NCBI RefSeq assembly: GCF_018350175.1
Contig: NC_058368.1
Span: forward strand, 59,708,001-59,772,000
DNA from: Felis catus
Taxonomy: Eukaryota
Length of the DNA: 64,000 bases
Direction: 5' to 3'
Shown here: one piece after another, positions 48,831-61,724 of the stretch
Position numbering within the stretch: the first letter of the stretch is position 1
Layout: every line of letters starts with the position of its first letter
The notes under the pieces: model-generated
Seen by the model: the letters and a program-made list of their open reading frames with translations, nothing else
What the model was told of the DNA's origin: nothing
Databases searched by the model: none
Position numbers and translations under genes: made by a program

Positions 48831-49537
48831 CAAATGGAACAACTTTTTAAAATTTAATTCTTTTTATGTGCTGTTGTTTGTGCTTTAAATACATTTTGTC
48901 TCTCTTTTTCCCAGGAGCTTAGCCTTTATATATTGTTATCTAAATATTTTCTCCCAATTACCCACATGTAAAACTTGACCTGGATTAGCCCAATCACACC
49001 ATCTTCATCTCCTAGTGACATGTTAACATGAAATTAAATATGTCCATTCAGAGAAAACCATAGAACTTTTGCTTGGAATTATGTTTCAAATATACTTTTC
49101 AAGCTGGCAAGGTATGTGGCTGGATATTTGATGGGTGTTCAAATTTATCTTGAAAACTTTAAAGCCAGGAAAAATCAAATTGCTGAAAACAGATTAAATA
49201 AATTGGAAAAATTTGGGACTAGAGTGACATCACTGATCACTTGATCTTCTGGGTACACAGATACATTGATCAAAATATCTTATGTGTTTTATTATGCATG
49301 TTAAGTCAGTCTGAATCAAATTTCTTGTTACCATACATATTTAAATGTATATTTCCATAAAGATAAAATCATGACTTTCTTACAGATGTAAAATGAACAT
49401 ATCTTAAAAGTTTTCTTTAGTTAATTATTAATGAAGAAATGAGACAAGTGTTTACATAAAATTTAAAGAATGTAAAGAGCAGACACATTTATATGGATGA
49501 AGCATATTAAACTAAACATGCTAATGTCTGCCCAACT

Positions 49538-49573
49538 TTTGTTTGTTTGTTTGTTTGTTTGTTTGTTTGTTTG
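49538..49573. repeat. (TTTG)n microsatellite
   Basis: Read directly. Confidence 0.92.
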
Positions 49574-51061
49574 GGAGGGAGTGTGAATTGCTTCACAGGA
49601 CAGAATTATTTGCATTGGCATTGCCACTAATTCTCTGTAAAATACCTAGTTTAGTATAATTCAAAGTCAAGGATAGTCTACAAGCAGGTAAACCAGATCA
49701 TTATAAACAGTGATTGATTGTCCACTGCAGACATTGCAGGGGTAAATGAAAATTATTTCACCTTTTACAAATGTATAGAACATGATCTTTTTCTCCATTC
49801 TCTTGAAGTGTTTCTTTGTAGACATAGTGAATCTAACTCTAACAGTATATGGGGATAAATCTCACTAAAGGTTAACCCCAGTCTCCAGTTTTTACAATGT
49901 ATATTTATCTCCAAGTTTTCAGGCCAGATAACTGCTAGATATGTTAAAATGTTGCACCAGAATTAGCTGGAGTCTCTGAGGAGATGTGCAGGAGACTGTT
50001 CGGAGGGCTTTGTCTCTTGAGTTTACTTTGTTCTTTCTTCTGCTTTACTGTTTAAATTTCTGTGATAGTCTATCTGCTTTATATAAATGCAAATATGAAT
50101 ATTTACTCAGCAATTAAGTGCTTCTCTGTCTCTCTTCCAGTTGGTACAGAAGTGTTTTTTCTTTTTTTTTTTTTTTGAGGAGAAATGTTTTATTTCTACA
50201 ATACCCAGAAATAATTTTTGCTTATTCCATATTTACTTACATATCTTAGTTGATACATATGCTTTAGGGATTATAATTTTTATATGTCTTAAAAAAATAG
50301 AGGTGACTGTAAATCAATTTTGGTCAAATTTTTCAGTTTGATGTAATTCTTTAAAAATTAATTTACTCTTTTGTTATTCATTAATTATGATGTTCTTATT
50401 TTCATTTAATTTTATTGTAATGTACCTTAGAAAGCAATCTTTTTATTTGAGATACTTATATATAATCATCTGGAATATATATTTACTAAAATATTATATG
50501 GTCTATTCCCATTCTAGTCTAAAATTTTGCCTTTTAAAGAAAAAATAAATACTAATTTAATTAAACTTCCAGAAGATTATATGTATTATTCATACTTGAA
50601 ATAAACCACACTTATTGGTAAAATTGCAGTTATAATATAGGATAATTAATCAAAAGAAACAAAAACTATGTATATATGTATGTACATATCTATAGCTTTT
50701 TTTGTTGCAAATTTCACTAAATATCACTTTATTCTTCCTCAGTCATTTGAAAAAGAAATACCTTGTTTTAAATTCTACTTCTATCTACTGAAAAAAAATG
50801 ATTCTTTGATGTTCATTTGTTGAGTTTTCAGAGTTGAGATTGAAAATTTGTTTCATTCCATCCTTTATACATGTTTATTATATTTTATTTTCCATCTGTC
50901 CTAAATTTTAGAGCTAAATTTTTATAGTCTTTATGGATTTATTCTTGCTATAGTCTCTGTCAAGAATATTTACTCGTACATATTTATTAAATAAGATTTA
51001 CATAAAATATTCAGCCATTTGTTTTAGAATTAATTCACTGCTCTTTGCATGTCACACTTTA

Positions 51062-51299
51062 TTTTTTTTTATTTAAAAAAAAAATTTTTTTTTTCAACGT
51101 TTTATTTATTTTTTGGGACAGAGAGAGACAGAGCATGAATGGGGGAGTGGCAGAGAGAGAGGGAGACACACAATCGGAAACAGGCTCTAGGCTCTGAGCC
51201 ATCAGCACAGAGCCCGACGTGGGGCTTGAACTCACGGACCGCAAGATCGTGACCTGGTTGAAGTCGGACGCTTAACCGACTGCGCCACCCAGGCGCCCC
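51062..51299 (-). mobile_element. CAN-SINE, young SINEC_Fc-type
   Basis: Perfect TSD TGCATGTCACACTTTA at 51046-51061 and 51300-51315. Confidence 0.96.
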
Positions 51300-51343
51300 T
51301 GCATGTCACACTTTAGATTCTAAGACTTTGCTCTTAAGTTCTT

Positions 51344-52158
51344 TTTTGTTTTGTTTCGTTTTTTGTTTGTTTGTTTTCAATTTGTGATCTATTTATTACT
51401 CTTAGAAAATCTCATTTTTGGCTGGACTCAGACTCAGAGGTTGAAGCTCTCAGGCCACTCCATCTCTTGGCGATCTATTCCTGGCATTTTTCTTTGGTCT
51501 TCTTCATTCTCGGACAAAAGTTTGGCATATTCTTATTTTTCTTAGCAAGCTAAGAGCAACACACTGATGTTTTCACTGGAGGACACATGGAGTAACAAGA
51601 CACTGAATCTTGGGTGCTTTGGTTCTAGGTTTCTTACCTTCTTTGTTTAGGGACTTCTGGTAGGCATCATTCTTTAGAGAGATTGAAGAGTGTGTGAATT
51701 CTGCTAGCTCTTTGGGATCCCAGGCGATGAGGCACAGTAATATCAGTAAGTCCATGAATATCCTTCTCTCTCTCCTCTCTCTCTCTCTCTCTTTTTTAAT
51801 GACTAAGTTGAGAACACTTATATTGGCATCCACAATGCAACCCTGAGCAGATTTGCACTTTCTTTGTCCAGTCCTCGTTGGTCAATAGCAGGAATGCCCC
51901 TTACTCAGCAGCAGGTGGACATGGCCATGGGTCTCGATACCTTGCTTCATGAGGAAGCCTTGCTTGTCATTGTCATCACTAATTCAGACCTTGTAACCCT
52001 CACATTCTTCACTCAGAACATCAGCAGCAACTTCTGTGGCCATACACTTCCCGTTTACATTTATCATCTACTTCAATGAGTCTCTGGCAGCGAGGAGCTG
52101 AGAATGCTCAGCTTCATTCTAGAGCATCTTACTGCCTCTCAGGCACCACAAAAAAGAG
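51344..52158 (-). pseudogene. RPS6: RPS6 (40S ribosomal protein S6/eS6) processed pseudogene, full length, disabled
   Basis: The minus strand gives RPS6 peptides in order: [78 protein letters not shown] and LRASTSESESSQK*. ATG at 52117-52115, stop at 51414-51412. No introns; frameshifts and stops present. The 5' end is TOP-like (CTCTTTTTTGTGG), with AATAAA and a decayed A tail at ~51344-51377. TSD CTTAA(G/A)TTCTT at 51333-51343 and 52159-52169. Confidence 0.95.
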
Positions 52159-53499
52159 CTTAAATTCTTAATTTTACTTCATCGCACTGGAAAATTGAAT
52201 TAAAAATTACATTACTTCAAGAGTTAAAAATCTATCAGATATGTTTCCTTTTCATTGATTTTTTTTGCCTGCAATATAATGGATCCTATGAATGAATCTA
52301 CATTAATTATGTCTTTTCAATACAGAAAATATTTAGTTTCATTTGAGTAATAATATAAAAACTTGTATGTATAGTAATAAAACGCAACCAGAAAGCTTCA
52401 TAAGGAAACATAGCCGGCATTCTTTGTGCTCTTCAAGTTTTGCTCTGCAGATGAAACAGAGTTTGATTCTTTTTATGTTCCACATGAATTTTGTTTCTGT
52501 ATTTTCAATATTGTGCCTAGGTGGCTATTCCTTGTGTTTTGAATTTTCAACAATGAAAAATAACTAGTACCTTTCATAAACCACTCAGTATTATTTCCCA
52601 CATATTTATAACTTCCTTATATTTAATGAACATTTTCATATACCAATCACCAATTTATCACCAAAATACCGTAGTGTCTTTAGTGTAATTAAAATAATTT
52701 ATAAACTTCATGATTTCTTAAAAATATTTATCCTGCACTTCTCCATTCTTTTGTTTTATTCAAGAATTTTATAGTAAGTATGAATACGGTTTCCAAATCT
52801 AAAGCAAGCCTAAACACCTGGAGTACTCCCTATCCTCACCAGGGAGGGCAAAAACCAGGCTTGAGCTTTCATTCTTAACCGAGATAAATTTTAAGAATGA
52901 AAATTCCTTCTATCTCAATAAAATTCAAAGAAGAAGTTATTTGTCTTGTGATGAAAACAAGCAAGCATGTAGACATCCTCAACGACATCCAGTCTGATAT
53001 TAAAATAATAAAGCAGGAATGAGTGGTTATAAAGAACACAGTGGACATACAGAATATAGACAATATAAGAGAAGGTATAAAGAACTCAATGGTTGGATTG
53101 AGAAGCAGAATAATTGCCTAAGAAACAGTTAATGACCTAGAAGATCAGCTGGAGGAACTTGCCCATATAACATCAGTAATCAAAAGAGATGGCAGATCTA
53201 AAATGAAAAAAAAGGCATTATGAAGGAATATATATCACAAAAATAGGCATAATTCAAGCCAAGTGAATTCCAAAATGTTCTGCCTATTAAATATCATTCG
53301 TCTAAATACATCTAACTTGACCAAGTCCTAATGGATAGAAGGTATCAAAAGATGTCTCCATATTAGTCACAGCTATCGATTCTATCTGTTGGATTGATGC
53401 CCTGGGAGCCCTTCAGGTTTGTTGCATAGGATTGGGGAAGAATTATTGTGAACAGTCAGTAAGATTTGCACTCATATTGAAATAATGACCAGCAACATT

Positions 53500-54998
53500 C
53501 AACACAAAGTGAAACATATCCAATATGTTGCCTTTTACATTTTAAGAATTCCTATTAGAATCTCACCTGATTTGTTTGTATAAATTGTCATTCAACTCTA
53601 TAAATTCATAAGGAACTGTAAGAGACCAATATAAAATAGTCTTGGAAAAGTAGAACTAAGTGGGATAACTCAGAATTCCCAAATTCAAAGCTTACTACAA
53701 AGAAAGATTTATCAATAAAGTTGTGTATTGACACAAAGAAATTCATATACACTAATGAAGTAGAATTAATATTACAGATATAAATCATATTCTTCTGATC
53801 TTCTAATTTTTGACAAGGTTGCCAATTTAATTCAATGTGAAAAGAATAGTTTTATCAAGAAATGATTCTGGAAAGCTCAAACAGTTCATGTGAAAAATGA
53901 ATTTGACCCTTATCTCAAACCATATATAATAATTAACTCAAAATGGGTCAAAAACTGTAAAACTCTCAGAAGAATACATAGGGTTAAACATTTATGATCT
54001 TGGATTTGGCAAAGGATTCTTACATATGACACAGAAAAGTACAAGCAAGAAAAGACAAAATAGAGTACTTCTTTAAAAATCAAACTTATTTTTCAAAGGA
54101 CACCATCAAGAAAGTTAAAAAAATACAACTTGTAGAATGGGAGAAATTACATATCTGATAAAAAGCTTATATATCTAGAATTTATAATGAATCCTTACAA
54201 CTTAATATAAAAAGACAAATAACCAAATTAAAAATGGACAAAGGATCCGAACAGTCATATTCAAGAAGATATATAAATAACCAATATGTACATTATTACT
54301 CGTTTAAAAACGCACATCAAAACCACGAGATAAAACGTATCCATAAGAAAAGCTAGAAAAAAAACGTCAGATAACAAGAGTTGGCAAGGATGTAGAAAAA
54401 TTAGAACCCTTGTACATTGTTGGTAGGAATAAAAAAAAAAATTGTCCTAATGCATTGGAAAAGTCTGGCAGTTCCCCATATGATTAAATATAGATTTACC
54501 GGGGCGCCTGGGTGGCTCAGTCGGTTAAGCAGCCGACTTCGACTCAGGTCATGATCTCGGGGTCTGTGAGTTCTAGCCCTACGTGGGGCTCTGTGCTGAC
54601 AGCTCAGAGCTTGGAGCCTGTTTCGGATTCTGTGTCTCCCTCTCTCTGACCCTCCCCTGTTCATGCTCTGTCTCTCCCTGTCTCAAAAATAAATAAAACA
54701 TTAAAAAAAATTTTTTAAATATAGATTTACCTTATGGCCCAGCAATTCCACTCCTACATATATACCCAAAAGAAGTTGAACTCCTAAACCAAGAGTAATT
54801 AAAATATGTGTTCACACAGAAACTATCAGTATTTATAGCAGCATTGTTCATAATAGCCAAAAGTGGAAAATAAAATGGCTATTAATGGATGAATAGATCA
54901 ACAAAATATGAGATATGCATGCAATGAAGTATTATTCAACTGTAAAAGGGAATAAAGTACTGAAACATTCTATATCATGGATGAACCTTGAAAAAAAA
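53500..54998 (+). mobile_element. Old L1 (L1MB-like) ORF2 3' portion, interrupted by a SINE
   Basis: Degenerate but colinear with ORF2 of the intact L1 (AAAGCTTACTACAAAG, TTTTGACAAGGTTGCCAA, CCCAGCAATTCCACTCCTA, ATGGATGAACCTTGAAAA). Confidence 0.85.
54501..54716 (+). mobile_element. CAN-SINE nested in an old L1
   Basis: GGGGCGCCTGGGTGGCTCAGTCGG head. TSD AAATATAGATTTACC at 54486-54500 and 54717-54731; old L1 ORF2 sequence continues on both sides. Confidence 0.95.
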
Positions 54999-55029
54999 AT
55001 CACCTCATGGCTCTGACACTAGAGTAGAA

Positions 55030-55485
55030 AAGTAAACTACTGTCAGAGCCATGAGGGTATTTTCTTTTTCTTTTTCTTTTTCTTTTTCTTTTTCTTTTTC
55101 TTTTTCTTTTTCTTCTTTTTCTTTTTCTGTCTTTTTTTTTTCCTTGACTCTTTCTCACAAAAAGCTAATGGAATTCCTGGAGGTAAAACCCACGAAGGCA
55201 TGAGTATGTGAAGGGTGCTATGGTTGTACTCCCATTGAGTTTTTCATTCCCATGCTAGCGACACTCTGCCTCCAACAATTCATAGAGAATTGCCACTGAA
55301 GTGTTCTTAATAATTTATGGCTCCAGAGGCTTCTCTGTTCCAGGTAAGCAGGTCTCAGCTCTAATCCTCAATCTGCTGATAGTTCCAAGAAAAATGTTGA
55401 TTTTTTAAAATTTTCTCAGTTTTTTTTTCATGTAATAATGGGAGTGACAGATTCTAAGCTCTTAACATGTCAGAGCTGAATCAAT
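55030..55485 (-). mobile_element. Ancient L1M 5'-end fragment
   Basis: TTCCTGGAGGTAAAACCCACGAA, GCCTCCAACAATTCAT and TCCAGGTAAGCAG resemble recalled antisense L1M 5' consensus. Confidence 0.55.
55060..55141. repeat. (CTTTTT)n polypyrimidine tract
   Basis: Read directly. Confidence 0.92.
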
Positions 55486-55494
55486 AAGTATTTA

Positions 55495-56140
55495 TCTGTT
55501 GCCTGAACTTCAACAACAGCCCATTAAGTGGTCTATCTGATTTTACTCTTCCTATCTACCCTAATTTTACCACACAGAACCTAGGATTGGCTTTCAGAAT
55601 CAAAAATTTCCAATAGATTCCCATCGCGTCTATAATAAATACAAAATATTTTCTGCAGTCCTCAAGTCCTCCATGACCAGGTGTCCTCAAATTCATTCCC
55701 TATTTGTTTTGCCATTCGCCACAACACTGCCTTTTTTGTTAAATGAGCCAAACTTGTTCCAAATGCGGGACTGTTATTGTACTTTATGTTTCCTCCACCT
55801 TCAATTCTGTCATTATAGCTCAGTCCTTCATTTCATTTAGGTTTCTCAAAAATTGTCTTCATCACCATAGTCATTGCTATCAGTTCTATCTAAAATCAAC
55901 ACTCAAGTAAACCCACTGCATTAATTACTCCTTTATTTTTCTTCATCATATTAACACTATCAGAAATTAAATGATATAATGAAGTATCTATGTATTTTAT
56001 ATGGCCTCTAAAATATAAGCTCCATGAGGATAGTGTTTGTTCACTTGTTCACGACTTGTTCAGTTGTTCACTACTGCAAATGTGGTATGTGTGACAGAGG
56101 GTAGGCAATCAATAGCATTGATGATATGAATGAGTAAATC
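55495..56140 (+). mobile_element. L2 (LINE-2) 3' fragment
   Basis: TAAGCTCCATGAGGATAG, TTGTTCACTACTG and GTAGGCAATCAATAGCATTGATGATATGAATGAGTAAAT, the typical L2 terminus. Confidence 0.7.
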
Positions 56141-56496
56141 TCTGATATCCAGAGTAGTGTGCTTTAAAATGCTGAATGGTCAATGAAATTGATGAGAACA
56201 TAAGATCAGTAAAAGGCCTTTTTATGTGTAATATTCTGAATTTTCTATGATGAACGGGTTTTTAAATTATCCATCCCTCCCTTAGTGTCTCTATTTCTTA
56301 TTATAGGATTTGGACCTTTATAGTAATATCACAGGTCTTAACTAAAATGGGATTGTAAAAATACAGAGCAACACACATGTGAATTAAATGCAAAGTATCC
56401 TACTACTCCTTTGAGGCAGGTTTTTCAGTTATTTTTCTATCAGCTTCTATACATTATTGAATTAGTAAAGGATTCTGAGATTATGCAACTTAAATT

Positions 56497-56705
56497 TTTT
56501 TAATGCTTATTTATTTTTAACAGAGAGAGAGAGAAAGAGTGCAAGTGGGGGAGGGGCAGAGAGAGAGGGGGACACAGAATCTGAAGCAGGCTCTAGGCTC
56601 TGAGCTGTCAGCACAGAGCCCAACTCGGGGCTCAAAACCATGAACTGTTAGATCATGTCCTGAGCCCAAGTCGGACGCTTAACCGACTGAGCCACCCAGG
56701 TGCCC
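56497..56705 (-). mobile_element. CAN-SINE, SINEC_Fc-type
   Basis: TSD TGAGATTAT(G/A)CAACTTAAATT at 56476-56496 and 56706-56726. Confidence 0.95.
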
Positions 56706-58289
56706 TGAGATTATACAACTTAAATTGGCCTTGTCTTTCTGTTAGCCTATCAACATTAGGAAAAATATTTTAAAATTCCACCATCACATTCAATGAAGAA
56801 AGTATGATTGGTCACATTTTAAAATTATATAATGAACTTTATTTTATAGATATGTCTCATATAATTAGAACCCTGAAAGGAGAATTTCAAATGTTGAAAT
56901 ATTGGATGTGGAAATTTTTTTGCAATTGTTGGAATTATTATTTCTTCCCACCCAGGAAAGTCACAGTATGCCAGTGATTTTGATTATTTTAATTCCTTAG
57001 AATATATTGTTCTGCCTTTAGACACCAATATTACTTCATTTATGCCTATCCCATTAAAATTTATGGTTGATTCATCAGTTTTACTTAAATTATAATAATA
57101 TGTCATATGTCATACCCTTAGAATATTCCATTTTCTGATACAGTAAAGAAACAGTATTATTCACGCCTTCTTTTCTCCACCTCATTCTTGAATGGCCCAC
57201 AGAACTCTCATACAAATTGACAGACCTATCAAAATGAAATTAATGTCAGGGGGAAATTTAGGGAATATTAGGAAGTGGATGGGTGACATTTGTGTCATAA
57301 CTGGAACTCCAAGAAGATGGAAGAGTCCCATAGATAGAACCCATAGAGAGGGTGGGAAGCTTTGTTTTAGATAATCCTTTTCATTCCTTCTGGTAGCCAC
57401 TGGGGGTCATTCAGACATCAGCCAGCTGAACACCTGGCAGATTTAGCCGATTGGCCTCTGATGTCTTTTTCAGCCTTAGTAGTGTGCTAATGGTTGACAA
57501 CATGAACATGAAGACTGGCTATCCTCTTAATACTCTCTTTGACCTACCAACTTACATATTCCAAGAATTAGAAATATATAATACAACATTTCTATGATAT
57601 TTTTAATGTGTGTAAGATCAATCCAAATATTAGTTGAGAAATTTGAGCTACTCTTTTAAAGTTGTCTATTAATTTATAAAGTTACGAAAATGAATCTCCC
57701 AACCATTGGGGGAATATGTTAATTTCTCTTTTATTCGTTTAGAGATAGGTAAGAGCTTTGCTGGAGGGCAGCAGCTAAGAGTGAATTAGAATTGCATAAT
57801 GACTATTCCATTAAGTTTCCTTTGATGCTTTGATTTTAATTCTTCAATATTAAGATTGTTTTTTGATGTTAAAAAAGGAACTAAATTTTGCTTGGAAAAT
57901 CCTGCCAGAATATCTGTCTTTGCATGTAGTCCAGCATGGCAAATTGGATAACTAATTGATCAGTGTGAAATAAATGTAACAGGATGTTTGGACAATGACT
58001 ACATTCATTAGTTACATTAATAAAAATAGCCACAAGAATTTACATATGTCCTTTTCTATATCCATTCATCAGAAAATTGATACCTCACACCATCCAATTC
58101 AATAATTCTCATTTTTAAAATTTTGTATAGGCGAGCTACAAATATGAGTTTGCCTCTTCTCATTTCCACCAAATACAATGTCACAATCCTGGCATTAGTT
58201 TTGAATAGCTGAGAGAGACATAAGAAAAATTGAGATATGATTTCCTGAGTTTAGATTGTGATATGTCCCCAATTTTAAGCAGGTCATAC

Positions 58290-58500
58290 TTATTTCAATT
58301 CTGGCTTTGACATACTTATTGGTGGTTTGATGTTGAACAGTTTATTTAACCTACCTTAACCTCAGTTACAAATTTCATTTGTAAAACACATAATGTGAGC
58401 CTAGTATTCAGAGTTTTTGGCAGGCTCCAGTGAGATTAGTATGGCAAAATAAGCACAAAATCAGGCACTTAGAACTCAAATCACTGTGTAATGATTGTTA
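58290..58500 (+). mobile_element. MIR fragment
   Basis: TTCAATTCTGGCTTTGAC..ACTTA, TTATTTAACCT..AACCTCAGTT..CATTTGTAAAA (MIR core). Confidence 0.6.
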
Positions 58501-59954
58501 AATGGGTTTATTTTATGAAAATTAAAAATGAGAATTAAACTAATTAGCAAATTATTGAGCAAAAAAAGTGGTTTTTACATGTCAATAACTAGGCATTAAA
58601 GTTAGATTGTATATAACTACATAATCATATGTGTGTATAGAGAGTACACAATCCTGGAAAAGTAAAACAAGTCACTGTCAAAACTACAAATGGAAAATTA
58701 TTGTATTTAAGTTTTATCTAATCAACACATGTAAACCTGAAACAATGCCTATTACACATTTTGACATGCTACATATTGTGATTTTTATGACTTTTTATTA
58801 GAAGCACAATTAATTTCACAAATCTTTCATTTGTCTCTATATTTCTTGGCTAGTCAAAGTGTATATCTTTTCTAATATACTTGCGAGCATGCATGATTAC
58901 TTCACATTAAATAAATATTTTACTACAGATATTGGCACTTTTTTGTCCCACTCTCAAAATTTGTTTAGACTATTGAAATTTCTAAGTAGATTTTCCTTTC
59001 CTGACAATCTATCAATATCAAATGGAAATACTGATTTATGCTTTTTGTGAAATGGTCAGGACATATTGGTTAGAAATATAAGTATGTCTTCATTTATGTA
59101 AATTTAAACTTTACATGACCTTAACTTGTGCCAATAATATGCCATATATTTCATGAAGAAATCCATTTATTGATTATACAGACTTATTTATATGATATTA
59201 GATGACACTTAATTTTAAAATAAAGTATAAGGCCTGAAAAATTTCACCTGTGCTGTATGAAGACATGAAAGTAGGATCATTTTTCCATATCTGGATTTTT
59301 ACTAGTCTCAGCATGTAGGTTTGCCTTTGATGCTTAGTTCCTTATCTCATTCTGTGTGCTGATTATTTTTAGAAAGTAGATATTACTTAATGACCTGGAA
59401 ACAATGTGATTTATTTTTATCCCAACAGTAGTATTTTACCAAAATATGAGCAAACATTAGGGTCCATCAAAATGAAATGAGTTTGTGGGTGGTGAAAGGT
59501 GATATTTTGACCGGCAAATAATTTTTCCCATGTGTTGATGGAATGTATAAAAATTCAATTCTTTTCTGTTTAGCTATTGATTATACTCCAGTCTTTTAGG
59601 GCCGTGATAATAATTAGTCTTTTATCTATTGGTAATTAACAAGGCAAAATTTGTAATTAAAAGCTGCTAGTATGTAGGGAAAAACATACTATGTTTCTAT
59701 TCTAATTGACTTATATTCATTTATCTTATTGATTCAACTATCTTTTACTGAGTGACCATATATTCAACTATATTTTATTGTATTTTTACTGAGTGATCAC
59801 TCTGAGGCAGGCAATGTGACAAGTATCTACTGTTTGTAGATGACAAACAATCATACTTTGGCAAAGCACCTCTTACCAAAATGGAATTCAAGAACGAATG
59901 GGAAGTTAGCAAACCATTGAATGTAATAAACTCCACAATAGAGATATATACAAA

Positions 59955-60292
59955 TGTCTTATTTTGCTCACGTTGCTGTAAGAAAATACCATAAGACCAG
60001 GTGGCATAAAAAATAGGAATTTATTTTCTCACAGGTCTGGAGGTTGAGAGGTCCAAGACCAAGATGTCAGCTGATTCTGTTGCTGGTTTGCAAGTAGCCA
60101 TCTTCTTGCTGTGCCCTCATATGGCAGAGAGAAAAAGAGCTCTGGTCTCATCATGAAGGTCCGACCTTCATGACCTTATGTAAAACCTAATTACCTGAAA
60201 AAGCCTCACTTCTTAAAGCCATCACACTGAGGGTTAGGGCTTCAGTGTATGAATTCTAGGGGGTGGGGGCGTGGTTCATTCAGTCCATAACA
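59955..60292 (-). mobile_element. MaLR LTR (MLT1A/B-like)
   Basis: TGCTGTAAGAAAATACCATA, ATTTATTTTCTCACAGGTCTGGAGG, GTCCAAGACCAAGATGTCAGC and CATTCAGTCCATAACA. Confidence 0.85.
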
Positions 60293-60430
60293 AGTTACCA
60301 GTGGGATCCCAGAAAAAAAGAACACTTCACACAGGTTTTAATATATCAGCCAGATGTTTTGGAAATAGAAGGGGGTTTATGGGCACACCCAGAATGGCCT
60401 GATAATCCACATAGAAAAAATAATTGAACA

Positions 60431-60597
60431 GGGGCACCTGGGTAGCGCAGTAGGTTAAGTGTCCAACTTTGGCTCAAGTGATGATCTCACGGGTTTGTAA
60501 GTTGGAGCCCTGCATGGGGCTTGCTGCCGTCAGCTAGGAGCCTGGAGCCTGCTTCAGATTCTGTGTCTCCCTCTCTCACTGCCCCTCCCTGGCTCAT

Positions 60598-60649
<52 letters not shown>

Positions 60650-60681
60650 GAAAATAAATAAACATTAAAAAAATTTTAAGT
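60431..60681 (+). mobile_element. CAN-SINE with long (CT)n
   Basis: GGGGCACCTGGGTAGCGCAG head. TSD AAAAAATAATTGAACA at 60415-60430 and 60682-60697. Confidence 0.95.
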
Positions 60682-61111
60682 AAAAAATAATTGAACAAAT
60701 GGAACAGACATGATACTGTGTGGACTGTTCAAGGAATAAAGATGATTTGGTATGTCAGGAGCTATTTATGCATGGGTGAGAGTAGTGGCAAGTTTTTTGA
60801 AAGGGAGCCCTCACTGTGATATTATATGGATAATACCTTTGTGTATTAGTCTATTTTCAAATTTCTTTAGTTATCTATTAATGAAATTCTGGGTTTTCTT
60901 TGAAGGAATTTGAGTAAGAAGAAGATCTTTCAACTGTTTTTCAAAAATGAAAATCAAACAACTTATTTTTGTTATCAATTTCCATGTGCAATTGGGTTAT
61001 AATATAGATTTGCTCTACCCCATTAATGGACAGTGGGGGAATGCTTCAGCCATGCTTAATTACATGGCAATAAGTTAGACCTCTTTAGGTTTCCAAAACA
61101 CTTACCTCTTA

Positions 61112-61724
61112 TGTTAGGCAGAATTATTAGATGGCCCTTCAAGATCCCCTTTCTCTGGTGTACATGAACTCTCTCCAAGTTACTAAATCAAACTGGATTA
61201 GGTGCTGGTACGAAGAGATTTTGAGGATATCTTTAAAGTCACAAATCAGTTAATGATAAAATGGAATATTATCCTCAATGGGTCTAACCTAATTAGAGGA
61301 GCCCTTAAAAGAGACTTAGGTCCTCCTAATGAGAGAGATGCAAAACATGAGAAGGAATTAATAAGAGCCAGAGTCTCTATTTCTGGTTTTTAATGTGAAG
61401 GGCTTATATGGCAAGGCAGTCTCACAAATGCCTTTTTGTGAAACTAAATTTTGACAACTTGAATGAGCTTGCAGTGATTCTTCTCATTGCCTTAAACAAA
61501 ACAAAACAAAACAAAACAAAACAAACAAAACAAAACAAATCAAAAAAAAAAAAAAAAAAGGTCTGGTCTGTGCTCTGATTTCAGCCTGTGAGTCTTTGAG
61601 CATAGAACCTAGTTATTCTGTGACCAGATTCTTGACCTGCAGAAACTATGAGATAATAAGTGGGTGTTGTTTAAACCTCTAAAGTAATACTTTCTTGTCA
61701 TGCAGCAATAAAATCCTAACATAC
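61112..61724 (+). mobile_element. MaLR LTR (MLT1E/F-like)
   Basis: TGTTAGGCAGAATT..AGATGGCCC..AAGATCCC start, CAGAAACTATGAGATAATAAGTGGGTGTTGTTTAA and ATGCAGCAATA end. Confidence 0.8.
61494..61559. repeat. (AAAAC)n plus poly(A) tract inside the MLT1 LTR
   Basis: Read directly. Confidence 0.9.

Noticed and set aside
51573..51833. 86-aa ORF as a functional small protein
   Set aside because: It is a frameshifted chimeric fragment of the RPS6 pseudogene.
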